A DNA stretch of 63,314 bases, filler included, from Nemertoderma westbladi (taxonomy: Eukaryota > Animalia > Xenacoelomorpha), in assembly GCA_032718475.1 (NCBI GenBank). It is 3 parts of 3 records of this genome, joined end to end, with 100 filler letters (N's around TTAATTAATTAA, not from the genome) between each part and the next. Parts side by side here need not be neighbours in the genome. Positions count along the whole stretch, not along the records: positions 1 to 25,854 come from JAUCBJ010004485.1; positions 25,955 to 44,661 come from JAUCBJ010000209.1; 1 more part is not named here. One strand, written 5' to 3'. Below, piece after piece: positions 24,281-37,003 of this stretch; the first letter of the stretch is position 1; every line of letters starts with the position of its first letter. The notes beneath the pieces are model-generated. The model was given only the letters and a program-made list of their open reading frames with translations. It ran no database searches and had not been told where the DNA came from. A program made the translations under genes and the position numbers.

Positions 24281-24913
24281 CCACAGCCACAGCCACAGCC
24301 ACAACCACAGCCACAACCACAGACCACAGCCACAACCACAACCACAGCCACAACCACAGCCACAACCACAGCCACAGCCACAGACCACAGCCACAGCCAC
24401 AACCACAGCCACAGCCACAGCCACAGCCACAGCCACAACCACAGCCACAGCCACAACCACAGCCACAGCCACAACCACAGCCACAGCCACAGCCACAGCC
24501 ACAGCCACAACCACAGCCACAACCACAGCCACAGACCACAGCCACAACCACAGCCACAGCCACAGCCACAACCACAGCCACAGCCACAACCACAGCCACA
24601 ACCACAGCCACAGCCACAACCACAGCCACAGCCACAGCCACAGCCACAGCCACAGCCACAGCCACAACCACAGCCACAGCCACAGCCACAGCCACAGCCA
24701 CAGCCACAGCCACAGCCACAACCACAACCACAGCCACAGCCACAGCCACAGCCACAGCCACAGCCACAACCACAGCCACAACCACAGCCACAGCCACAGC
24801 CACAGCCACAGCCACAGCCACAACCACAGCCACAACCACAGCCACAGCCACAGCCACAACCACAGCCACAGCCACAGCCACAGCCACAGCCACAGCCACA
24901 ACCACAGCCACCA
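24281..24913. repeat. (CCACAG/CCACAA)n hexanucleotide microsatellite
   Basis: About 105 hexamer units read directly. Confidence 0.97.
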
Positions 24914-25233
24914 CTTCTCCCCACAGGAGAATATTTGTTTATCTGTTGTCAAAATGTTTAACTAATTTGATGTTTTGGTTACTCATTCATTATGCATTTA
25001 AAATAGGATCAGACAGGACTGATCATTTATAGTGGTTTATAATATATAATATATATTAGACCATTACACAAATTAAAATTACAAATACAATTACCCACCA
25101 CCACACAAAACGACTCAGAACTCAGGATCAAGTTGACTTTTTTTTTTTAATTAAGCATATTATTATGAAATTACATAATTAATACGACTAAATATAATAA
25201 ATATTTCAAACATATACAATATTTCGGTTATAA

Positions 25234-25800
25234 TTAATGTCTCGCATTAACTGTGCGACTGTTACTGTTCATAATCCTAGGTCGATATACAACAGTTGCT
25301 GGAGATATAACTTTTCCATTCCCTACTCTGATTTTCTGTCCATTTTCATTGTCATTCTCCTCTGATGCTTCCTCACTGTCATCGCTACTCTCCTTTGATT
25401 CTTCCTCACTGTCATCGCTATTCTCCTCCGATTCATCCTCATCACTCTCATTTCCATCATTATCACTCTCCTTATGCGAATGTTTCTGCATTTCATTCAA
25501 TTGTCTAATTATCTGCAATTTATTTTTATTTCCTAATACATGTCTTAATATCTCCTCATTATCTGAGTCATTATCCTCACCACTTTCATGTTCCTCGACT
25601 TCTTTCTCGCTCTCATTTTCTTCACCACCACTCTCATTTTCTTCTTTCTCTATCTCACTCTCCGTTTCATCATTCTCACTTTCCTCTGATTTATCACTCT
25701 TCCTCACTCATCATCCTATTTCACTATGTGGCTGTTTCTGTATATTTTTCAAAATATTCATGATTTTCTCGAATTTATGTTTCATCATTTGTTTAATCTC
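25234..25800 (-). other. Acidic (E/D/S-rich) ORF fragment of unknown origin at a contig end
   Basis: 157-aa ORF with two acidic tracts. A helical segment EILRHVLGNKNKLQIIRQLNEMQKHSHKE resembles an upstream, stop-separated segment EIKQMMKHKFEKIMNILKNIQKQPHSE. Confidence 0.35.
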
Positions 25801-25854
25801 TAGAAAATCATGAATATTTTGAAAAATATACAGAAACAGCCACATAGTGAAAAG

Positions 25855-25954
25855 NNNNNNNNNNNNNNNNNNNNNNNNNNNNNNNNNNNNNNNNNNNNTT
25901 AATTAATTAANNNNNNNNNNNNNNNNNNNNNNNNNNNNNNNNNNNNNNNNNNNN
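25855..25954. other. Artificial scaffold linker N44-TTAATTAATTAA-N44
   Basis: Exactly 100 bp; the central 12-mer has stops in all six frames. Identical to 44662-44761. Confidence 0.95.
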
Positions 25955-26150
25955 TCCCAAGCCGGCTGTCCAATCGAACAGCTCAGATCCCTCCTAAAGG
26001 ATTCCAACGCCTTGGAGGGGGGAACTGGTTAGCAAAGAAAACAAATCAGTCATATCCCAGAAAAACCTTTACAGTAGGTTTCAGAGTATTTTAGCGTATG
26101 GGGGAAAAACTGGGTTGCGGGGTGAAGGGCCAGTTACATCCCACAGAAGC

Positions 26151-27590
26151 TTTTACATCTATTCTCTTAAAATTTACTTTACTTTTTATTTCTAAATTAA
26201 TATTTACTTTACTTTTTATTTCTGTTTTCTTAAAATTTAGTTTACTTTTGATTCCTGTTGTATTAACTTTACTTTGCTTTTGATTCCTGTCACCCTGTAG
26301 TATGGTAAACTTTACTTTCGATTTATATTTAATATAGGCCTAGCAATCTACATGTGACAGGCTGACTGCTAGGCTGCTTTCATTTCAAGTCAGTAGGCAT
26401 AACCTAACCAATAACCAGTAGTTATCACTGAATAGTCTATAAATATGGTGGATCAGCAACATGAACAACAACTGAAGCAAAAAAATTTAAATCATTCATC
26501 ACTCAAAATGAAATGATCTCATTATTTCTAGACAAACATAATATATGTATTTCGAAACGCACACTCCAACGCCGCATTTCTGATTTTGGTTTCCAAAAGC
26601 AAATCGATCCTGCAAACATAAATAAAATAATTGACGCAATTCAGGCGCTGAGGTTTCATGCGCTTACAGACAAATGAAACGTATTTTGATGCGGAAGTAT
26701 GGTACTGTATTTTCGTAAGAGAGGAAGTAGTTGCGGCCATACATACATACTTCACCTTGTTTATTTACTAAGCAGAAATGGTTAAACTGCCATGTGAAAT
26801 GGGAACGTTGATTTTTTAAGTTGAACATTCTCATTGTTTTCACTGTCAAATATTACTGTGATAACCGTATTATTTACTACTGTATATCAATAGATGAATC
26901 TAGTGGGGTTTTTATTCGGTACCTTCTCCGAGAGGTTGCCAACCGAGAGGTTCATTCCTTCTCCCTCCACTCCCTACTCCGCAAGCTCTAGGGATACTAT
27001 ATTACGACCAGTGGTGGTGGGCAAATCATCGTGTATTGAGCCATTGAAGCTCCTGACACAGAGCTGGAAGAGGACTGTGGCCTTTGAGCTGTGGTTACAG
27101 TAATGGATTCCGAGATGTCTGTTCCTTCAATATGCGAAATTATAGACGTCTTCGTTCACTGGACACCGTATTGACAGTGGTGTCACTCATGAAATTCAGT
27201 CTTTAGCTTACTGCTTTGTTGTGTACCGGTTTGATTATACTACCATATAACCGCTTATGCCTACTGTCTTTTGAAATGAAAGCAGTCTGGAAGTCAGCCT
27301 GTCACATGTAGACTGCAAGGCCTATATTAAATAGAAATCGAAAGTAAAGTTTACCATACTACAGGAATCAAAAGCAAAGTAAAGTTAATGCAATAGGAAT
27401 CAAAAGTAAAGTAAATTTTAAGAGAATAGAAATGAAAAGTAAAGGAAATATTACAGTAGGAATAAAAAGTAAAGTAAATTTTAAGAAAACAGAAATGAAA
27501 AGTAAATTAAATATTAATTAGAAATAAAATGTAAAGTAAATTTTAAGAGAATAGAAATGAAAAGTAAAGTTAATATTCATTAGAAATCAA
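26151..27590. mobile_element. Foldback-like element with long modular inverted repeats
   Basis: 26151-26402 is the reverse complement of about 27256-27590. The outer parts are ~30-bp tandem subrepeats (AAAAGTAAAGTAAATTTTAAGAGAATAGAAATG); the inner parts are unique (e.g. TACATGTGACAGGCTGAC / GTCAGCCTGTCACATGTA). Confidence 0.75.
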
Positions 27591-27619
27591 AAAAGGAAAA
27601 TAGCGGCAATCACCACCGT

Positions 27620-28165
27620 ACATAATAATATCAATATGCAAAACTTACCAATCAAAAAAGTAACTCAAATTAAATTTTTATGTATATGGATAGATAACAA
27701 ACTTACCTGGAATAACCACTGCGCGTATATGTTCTAAAAAAATTTCAAAATCAATCCTACCGTTAAATATACTGAAATTACTTTACTATGCTCTGATACA
27801 ACCTTATCTTACGTACGGAATAGTGATCTGGGGAACTAGCAGACCTGTTCGCAATAACCCGATTAAAATTAATATAAACAAACTAATTAGAGCAATTACC
27901 TCCAGTCACAACAGGAAACTCGCACCACAACTTTAGAGACATTTAAATATACTACCTACAGACCAATTATTACACCGACTCGAAACATACAAATTAATGT
28001 GGGAAATCCACAACAATAAAAAACGATATTTTTTATCACATCACTGTTCCAACAAACATCATCTGTACATAATTACAATACTCGATCAACGTCACGCAAA
28101 AACTACTTCATACCTCGGACCCAACTATTACAAACACAAAATTCTCTAAAATATCATGGTGCCAT
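27620..28165 (+). mobile_element. Decayed CR1/L2-group LINE ORF2 C-terminal fragment
   Basis: KFLCIWIDNKLTWNNH..KISKSI..LLYYALIQPYLTYGIVIWG..KLIRAI, with stops and frameshifts. Confidence 0.75.
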
Positions 28166-29550
28166 TTTTTTATTGATTTTAGAGCTGTTTTTCAACAATT
28201 CTAGAAATTGGAGAACACATATTTAGCAACTCTAGAAATTGTAAACCAATTTTATAAATTGTATACAGTACAGTAGTACTCGACAGAACACAGAAAGAGT
28301 CAAACATTCAAATATGGTGGTGATACGGTACAGCACATAAGGGTTACACAAGTCTCTTATGCTTTACCGTGCCACTGTTGTTATGAAAAATACCACAGGG
28401 CATCGCAAAATACACACTAATGCAATAAAATTACAACAATTCTAGAACACGAAATAAAAATTCAATGGTTTTGTTTTTACCTAGAATCCTAATTACAGTA
28501 AACCATGCAGCCGGAATTTACTAGCTAAACTTGGAAATAGGGTAAATCTAAAAATCAAACATTTCGTGAAAATTTGAAGAGTGCCTTTTATGGAACTCAA
28601 TAGACACCGACATAAAACAAAGCAAATCTAAAAAAAACATTAGCTAGGAAACTAAAATTCAAATTAATTAATGACCTACAGTAAACACAAATTAATTAAC
28701 TATTATCAATACAAGCACAAAATTTAAACCTTTCGTTCAAAATTAATGTTATAATTATTTACTTCTAACAGATAACACGGGTAAATATTAGGAATCTGTA
28801 TGGAATATTGGATGAAGCAGACTTGCAATTACAGTAGTATAGCGGCTGGCGGAGCTAGAAAATCCCCCCCCCCCCCCCATCCCCCCTCCCCCCCCCATCC
28901 CCCCTCCCTCCCCCCTCCAGATTGGCCGATGGCAGGTACTACTAGCCACCGCTACTGTCAGTTCCTGCCAGGCACTTATAAAATTCTATACATAAACAAA
29001 AAAACATAAACCTTAAAAATATTAAAACGCTCACTACTGTGTGAATTATTATATTGTTTAAATAATTAACTTCAGGACCCAATTATATGAGGCGTTAGGC
29101 GTGATATCTTTTAAAATAATTAACTTAACTCCTTTTCCCTAAGATTTTATAATAACATAACAAAAGTTTCATACGCGTTTTTCATCACCAATTATTGTTC
29201 GTAATGTTAAAATTTTGTAATAATCCACAAGGATCATCTAGTACAGGCTTTTCAGCCTATGACCCCGTAGGGATTTTATATATGACTCAGCTACCCTACA
29301 TAGATGTTTAGTGCAAACTTGGGACATTTAAAAAAATTTGGGTAGACTTCACCAAACGGTTGCTCTCGTTTTTTAGGGGGTCTTAAACATAGCAACGGAG
29401 AAAATTACCATAGCAACAGCTCTTATAGTAGATATGACGATTAAAAATTTATAGCAGATTAATATTTTGGATATGAAGAATTTAATGGCATATTTCGTTT
29501 TTTGAAAATACCATAGCAACCAGGCGAAAACGACCTTCAAAGATAGCAAG

Positions 29551-32440
29551 ATATCACGTATAATGAACAATATGCATTCTTTTTCAGTTTCTAGTTGCCA
29601 TGGCAACGAGTAACCTTGACTAAAAACATGCTACATATTAGCGGCAGCGTTTTTAAATCTACCTCTACCCCCACTATATCGAGTATAAAGAAAAATATGC
29701 AATATGTTTTACTTTCTAGATGCCATGGCAACGTGTCAGAATTGTTAATAAAGTGTCTTTAATATCTGTTAGCCGTTTACACTAAGTAAATTAATCACAA
29801 TTATATCATTCAGCGTCAAGCAGTTTCTCTGACAGGCACATGTATTTACTAATGAATCAGGAAATTGGTGAAAGGTATTTATTGGGCAACAACATTCCAT
29901 TTGCACCAGTATTCCAACCAAAATCTAATACACTTAGATTTATCACAGAGTCATTGCATAATGATGCAATCTTATTTATTATGTAGAGACATCGCAAATT
30001 GTGACCATTTATAGATTCTGTTGTTGGAGGGAGATCCTATTACTACTACTAGGATCGGCATGTTGCATTGCAGCTGCATTTTTAAGAATGCTTTCTATGA
30101 ATTCTAGGTCATTGATCAAGAAAACTTGCTACCTCCGTGCAGCATAAAGGAGGTGCCACCTGTGGCTGCATAGACCCTCTTACTAGGGCTAATCTGGTCC
30201 TGTAACTAGGACACCCTTCGTTCTGGGATAAGGACGCCCTTGGTCATGGATTAAGGACCCATATACTTGGCTGCAGGGGTATATTGCCTGGCCAGGCAGA
30301 CCTGCTTCTACCAATGGTACAAATGTGATCTACCAATGGCTGATCAGGAGTAGAGTGTTCTCATGTCCACTCTGAGTGCACTTCACTGCGACCTGCACCT
30401 GGCAGCAGGGGTACAGGGCATGACCCAGCAGATGAGCTGCACAGCCAATGGTGGGTCATGTGCCCCAGAGTAGATATGGGTGATGGGCCTCATATCTGAC
30501 TCCACTGCGATACCCACCCTGTGGAATGGCAAACCAGGGTGTGGTATTTGCCCCGAGAGCTACCTCGGCAACCCCCACTATGGATTACATTGAAGAGTTA
30601 TCAAAAAAGAAAGATAGGCATCTGGCTGTTATCTTTGTTGAATTCTTGAAGGCCTTTGATTCAATCTCACGCTCACGTATGTTCAGCGTACTTTTATTAT
30701 ATGGGATTCCTGATGAAAATATTGCAGCAATCAGATCAGTATTCGATGGGTCGACAACATTTGTGTCTACTGTTGATGGTGACACAGAACCATTTGAAGT
30801 ATTATGGGGAGTCCTCCAAGGAGACGCACTTGCGCCATTCTTGTTCCTAATTGTGGTTGACTATGTTCTAGGCATGTCCTTAGATCATAATAATTATGAT
30901 GGGGTGAATTTAACTCCACCTACTGGCTCCAGAAGTCGAGGAAATCCTGCCAAGTATCTAACTGATCTATACTTTGTTGATGACAGAATAACTAGAGGGA
31001 GCCCAACGGCTCCTCAGCTCATTAGAACAGGCTGCTTCTAATGTTGGTATTTTTATTAACTCCAAAAAGACCAAAATTTTGACAGTTAACTTTGAAAGTC
31101 CTCAACAAGTCTCTGACCGAATGAGCATAAGCTCAAAGGATGGATCCGGAAGTCAGGTGAGAACCTTCGAATACGTAAGAGAAAGACATGGGCAGCCTTG
31201 AATCGGCTTTCCAGGATTTGGAAGTCACAGAGTATTAATCGGAAACTTAAGGTCCGATTATTTAGAGCAGCAGTAGTTCCAGTACTCCACTATGGGAATC
31301 CATGCTGGGCTCTAACTGCGCAGGACACCAAATCTCTGGATGGCACATTCACAAGAATGCTACGCAGGGTTCATTTTGTGAATTACAATGCACACATCTC
31401 CAACCAGACACTATATAACATTGGATATGTCTCATTGGTTCCCCCAAGCTTGAAACTATAACAAAGTCGCCTCCGCTTTGCAGGATATTGCTTTCGCCTT
31501 GATAACCAGCCAGAGGACCATACCTACTCTGGCGCACATGTCCCACCATTGTATTTCCAGCTCATCTGCTGGGCCATGCCCTGTACCCCTGCTGCCAGGT
31601 GCAGGTAGCTGTGAAGTGCACTCAGAGTGGAAATGAGAAGACTCTACACCTGACCAGCCATTGGTAGATCACATTTGTAGCAATGGTAGAGGTAGGTCTG
31701 TCTGGCCAAGCCATATACCCATGCAGCCAAGTATATGGGTCCTTAATCCAGGACCAAGGGCGTCCTTGTCCCAGAACGAAGGGGGTCCTAGTTACAGGAC
31801 CAGATTTGCCCTAGTAAGAGGGTCTATGCAGCCACAGGTGGCACCTCCTTTATGCTGCATGGAGGTTGCAAGTTTTCTTGATCAATGACCTAGAATTCAT
31901 AGACAGCATTCTTAAAAATGCAGCTGCAATGCAGCATGCCAATCCTAGTAGTAGTAATAGGATCTCCCTCCAACAACAGAATACATAAAATGGTCACATT
32001 TTGCGATGTCTCTACATAACAAATAAGATTGCATCATTATGCAATGACTCCTTAATAAATCTAAGTATATTCGATTTTGGTTGGAATACTGGTGCAAATG
32101 GAATGTTGTTGCCCAATAAATACCTTTCACCAATTTCTGATTCATTAGTAAATACATGTGCCTGTCAGAGAAACTGTTTGACGCTGAATGTTATAATTGT
32201 GATTAATTTACATAGTGTAAACGACTAACAGATATTAAAGACACTTTATTAACAATTCTGACGCGTTGCCATGGCACCTAGAAAGTAAAACATATTGCAT
32301 ATTTTTCCAAATACTCGATGTAGTGGGGGTAGAGGTAGATTTAAAAACGCTGCCGCTAATATGGTTTTAGTCAAGGTTACTTAGTTGCCATGGCAACTAT
32401 AAACTGAAAAAGAATGCATATTGTTCCTTATACGTGATAT
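29551..32440. repeat. Long inverted repeat: arms 29551-30479 and 31518-32440 (about 925 bp each) around a ~1.0-kb spacer
   Basis: The arms are reverse complements along their length with scattered substitutions and small indels (outer ends ATATCACGTATAATGAACAA / TTGTTCCTTATACGTGATAT). Confidence 0.9.
30589..31530 (+). mobile_element. RTE LINE RT fragment in the spacer of the inverted repeat
   Basis: IEELSKKKDRHLAVIFVEFLKAFDSI..GVLQGDALAPFLF..YFVDD..KVRLFRAAVVPVLHYG..W.LT. Same family as 16545-18252. Confidence 0.85.
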
Positions 32441-32449
32441 AATGGTGGC

Positions 32450-32710
32450 AGAATGGTGGTGGCTTCTGAGGCCTGGAATGGGATCGACCTGTTCTTTGGA
32501 CGAAGATTCGTCTAACAAGTTGAACGTCTGGCAGATCCGAGTGATATTTTCCAAAAACTCGCATTTATCAAGTGAACGAGTCCTTCTTCCAGTCCCCAGA
32601 AAGATTATGACTTTTCATTTTCATGGTGGCATTAGTCAGAACCACCAACGCGGCTATCAACAAAATTATGTTAAATCGCATTACGGATCCTGTAGAACGA
32701 CTTCTTCAAA
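32450..32710 (+). mobile_element. Decayed RTE RT N-terminal fragment
   Basis: LLPVPRK..GIS..AAINKIMLNRITDPVERLL read across frameshifts. Confidence 0.55.
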
Positions 32711-34759
32711 TTAATTTCACACAAATCAGATTAATTAATAAAAAAATTGTTACATTGAAAATAAAAATTTGAAAGCTAAAACTGATAAAAATGATTAACA
32801 TAGCATTCAGGCCAACAGGAAAGCTAAGTTTCGAAAATTTTTGACCATCCCACATCTCATAATTTTAAGATTCAAAAAGACACCTCAATTTTTCAAAAAT
32901 GGCACTTTTCAACAGGCAATTTCCAGTTTTGAAATTGATAAAATTTGGTCAAGTAAGGTGTCATTATGTGAGGAAACATGTAATTTACTCATATCAAAAA
33001 AAAATCACGTTTTTTTCAAAGCAGCAGCCGCCCATGTCTCTCCATATACCATGTTCCATTTAAGGTGCAATGGGCGTTAAACGGTTAATTTACGATCAGC
33101 GAGAGTAGTATCCAGTTGAGACGGAGACACAGACGTGTTCATTATCGAGGTTGACTGACTACATTCTTCGGACAACCATAACTTGGATGGGGTGGAAATA
33201 CACCTTCTATCTGGTAAGGTAGCGGAGCCCTGATGAAAAGCTCATTGAGATTGAAGGCGGGACTTTTCCTTTCAGCAATGGACCCTGTGCTGCTCAATGA
33301 TGTACACAATGTTGTATATCAAAGCATAAGCAATGAGGTGTTATACATTATGGTCGCAGCACATTACCAAAAGCCTGCTCCATCCTGCAAACCTGCCGCG
33401 TAAGGCTAGCCGGTCATTGCCATAACCGGGAGAATGAGCCTGTTAACGACCTTCGTAACCGTATTTAGTGTTGCACTTGAGAACACCGTCGAATTTGGGA
33501 TGTTTATGGATTTGGTGCGGATTCGATTTCGAGTCCGCTGACATGGCACTAAAGTACGAGCAATTATGTGTGTATCATTGTTCCTTCTAGTCAGTAACAA
33601 TTCCGTAACTCCGACCGTGCACAGAAACCCCCCAACACATAAATCCAGGTATTTCGATATATATAAATTATATAGAGTATAGCTTCAAAATTTAATTAAA
33701 ATCTATTTAATTTGAGAAGTTAAGCTGAAATATCGTATTTTTATAGAAATTTATAACCCACAAGTGAAGTGAATCATAACAGACACAGCGCTAAACGGGA
33801 ACCATAAGTTATAACAATCTCATATTAGGTGATCCTGCACGCACGTACTACACAAACTTCGTCCACTAAGGAATGTAATTGTAAAATAAAATAAATAATG
33901 TAAACAAAAAATTACTACCTTGGAATAAAAGTTATACTGCAAACTTTGTTTAAGATTTTAGTTAGAAAAGTCTGCCACGCCACCTCAACCTTCTCTCTTT
34001 TCTCTGAACATGCACAGTATATCGTGTTATCAACGAAATTAAATATCGCCAAATTTTCAGTTCAAAGCCAATTTCACTCGACACATCAATTGGACATAAT
34101 GGTTAGTTAGTGTTACTTAGTAACAATCCAACGTGTACGGTGCAAGGCGACGCTCAGCAGTAGGCCTACACTTACCGACAGTATGTGATGATATGAATTT
34201 GACAAATTTTTGCGGCCACGAAAAATACTTTTTTAAGATATTCGAAATCAGAGCCTTTATTACCATCATATGGTGTATGCAACTGGTATGCAGATTGTAG
34301 CATATAAATATATATTATTAATGCACCGAAATTTAGAATATTTACTAGAAAATATTAAGTAATTTACTAGAAAATAGAAGATATTAAAGTGCCTTTAATA
34401 TACTACTAATTCTGCCGCTAACGAGTTCAACACAAATAACGATAAATAACAATAAAATCATCTCTGGTAAATTTGACTCTAGCACTCACTATTATATTTA
34501 TTTACCTCAGTCTAATAATGTACGGACAAGTTAAGATCCTCTAGGACTATGCAATTATCTAATGTATACCACATTATATACCATATTATATATTACCAGG
34601 TGTAGGTCATGTACAACGTGTTTTATTACTAAGTATATTATTCTTCTTATTATATTAAAACAAAGACTGATATAACGACATTTCGAAGTTTTGTGGTGGG
34701 ATCAAATTGTTGAATAATTTGTATAATAAATTGAAAAGTAATTGAATAAATTGTTCAAT

Positions 34760-34935
34760 AATTGGTATGCTGCATTGAGAGCTTACTGGTTTTATCGACA
34801 ATAACTCCGAATCGACAGTCATCCGCGAGATTATCCGCATCTTCAAGGCCAGTTTCCTTTATGATGCGTCTCAAGAAGATGATGGGCTGACCAGAGTCCA
34901 CTATGCTTACTCTCTCCGTGAGGCCGCCAAAGCTC
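34760..34935 (-). mobile_element. 3' fragment of RTE LINE
   Basis: GQPIIFLRRIIKETGLEDADNLA matches about 17990-18070. Confidence 0.7.
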
Positions 34936-36308
34936 AAGGTTGATCACAGGCTTGTCCTCAGGGTTTCCAACACAATATATAGAAGACCTTGATAAACTAC
35001 ATCTAACTCATGCATTATCTAGTCTATCGTACAATACACAATAAATAATGGAATACAAACAAACTCAATAGGCCGACGTTGATTGTATAACTACTTAGCT
35101 AATTGGGACTCACCTGATTATTTATAGTCTTCTTAATCTGTTTGAATTATCTCTCAACAAAATGTAAAATTCCGATCGAGAAAAAGCAAATCTCACGCCA
35201 AAGACAATTGAAAGTGATCCCAACTCCTTGTTATATCAAACAAAAATACCGACAGCAAAGCCAAATGGGTTGCTAGGCAATATTGAAGGCGGAGCTTCTA
35301 CTCTGTACCTATCTCAATTAACTTATCTTAATTTAGCGCACAATAATCATATAAATGTCGATAAAAATATATTTAATAAAATTATGGTTACGTAATTTCC
35401 CCATAGGTATGTAAATATATTTCCTAAATAATCAATTACATTTATAACTCATGTAATAAATAAATTCAGTTATAAATTTACCAAATTAAAAGTGCAAATG
35501 ATTAGCCAATGGCATCCTCTGAAAGTAGGGCAGTATTCTGCGTAGCATTGTGAATGGTGCGGTTCAGCTTTGGTTTCCCCGATGGAAGTAAAGTTTTATT
35601 ATACTTGTAGCGATACATTGCTATAGGGATTGGGCCCACGGTTTATATAGTAATGGTCCTAATATGTGTCAAGCGATTCCATCCATTTTGTACCCGTTAC
35701 ATATAAATTCCCTGGCTGTACATGAAGGGCCCACCTTTACTAATTGCGCATAGTGGAGGCGGCCTTACATCAAAGCATTTAATAGCTATGTCATTCAGTA
35801 TAGGGAGTTAGATGGTGAATTTTTTTAACAAATCCACATTTGAAATCACTGACATTCTTCGCACGGTTAAGAAATGAAAATAAATAAACAATAAACTTAA
35901 TTGAATTTACGTGCTACAGCCATCGCATTTCACTTTTTAGCCTTCACCATCATGTAGATATTTCGCTCAATCTATCTGTGCTGTCCATTTCACCTGTCGT
36001 CCGACCTATGTTTTACACAAAACATTTCTAATCCACTGTAAATAAGATTCATTTATTTCATTATTAATGCCCTTTTATTCTCTTCTCTTCATGACTACAT
36101 GAATTTCTGTTCTGTTTTTATATATTCTACAGTATTTGTCCATCATATAATGTTAAAATTATTTGTGATTTACTGGTTTTGTTTATCGATTGTTTTTACT
36201 ACCGGCTTTGGCTGAAATAAATATAAATAAATCCAAAGTTATCTATTACTTTATATTACAACTATCTGTTTTATACTACAATTTAAATATATTGATAATT
36301 ATAGATCA

Positions 36309-36591
36309 CTAGCAGGCAATACCCGAGGCATGTTACCCGGTATTTCCCGCTACCGGCATAGGCCTACTGGCGTACTGGTACCGGTATAGGCCTACTGACG
36401 TACCGGTACCCAGTACCGGTACCGAACGTGAATTAAACTTTCCGAAAAGTGGCCTATAACGACCGCTGGTTAATGTTATACACACATGCCAAGTTCCAGC
36501 TGCCCGTTTTGGAGGAGTTCGAACACAGAGAGAGAGAGAGAAAGAGAGAAAGAGAGAGAGACAGACAGAATTTGATTTTTATAGGTATAGA
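36309..36591 (-). mobile_element. Non-autonomous Helitron (about 283 bp)
   Basis: Minus strand starts TC (TCTATACCTATAAAA), has a (CT)n/(CTGT)n microsatellite near the 5' end and a subterminal hairpin CCGGGTAACATGCCTCGG, and ends CTAG. It sits between host A and T with no TSD. Confidence 0.8.
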
Positions 36592-36826
36592 TTAGGCTAT
36601 TTTTATTGATTTGACAGCCGAATTTCCACATAATTTATATTCAAAACAGAAAGAGAGTCACATTTTATTATTTCTAAAACAGCATCCAATGTGCCGTTTA
36701 AATATGAGGGAATGTTAAAATTTAAATGATTGATATATACAATTATCCATGGAATTAAATTTCTAAATTTGCATTCTTATAACTTAGATTTGCTTTCCAT
36801 AAGAAGTACAATACTAAGATGCAATG

Positions 36827-37003
36827 TAGAGATAGGGTGGGATTTTCGACGCAATTAAAATTCACCCGCTCTAGAGGAAATCGACGCAAATAAAAACTAA
36901 TTACTCCCAAAAATAAAACTGTAAGGAACCTGTTTTTAATGACTTTAGTTTATGTTTCTGACTAAAATAAAGGCCACTGTAACCTGATCCTTTCCCTTAA
37001 TTG
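36827..37003 (+). mobile_element. Diverged MITE family copy
   Basis: TAGAGATAGGGTGGGATTTTCGACGCAATTAAAA...CACTGTAACCTGATCCTTTCCC. Confidence 0.65.

Noticed and set aside
24167-24952. WL, VA and CG dipeptide ORFs
   Set aside because: Translations of the hexamer microsatellite.
33100-33400. GDTDVFII motif suggesting a transposon-associated nuclease
   Set aside because: A single short motif surrounded by stops, with no supporting motifs.
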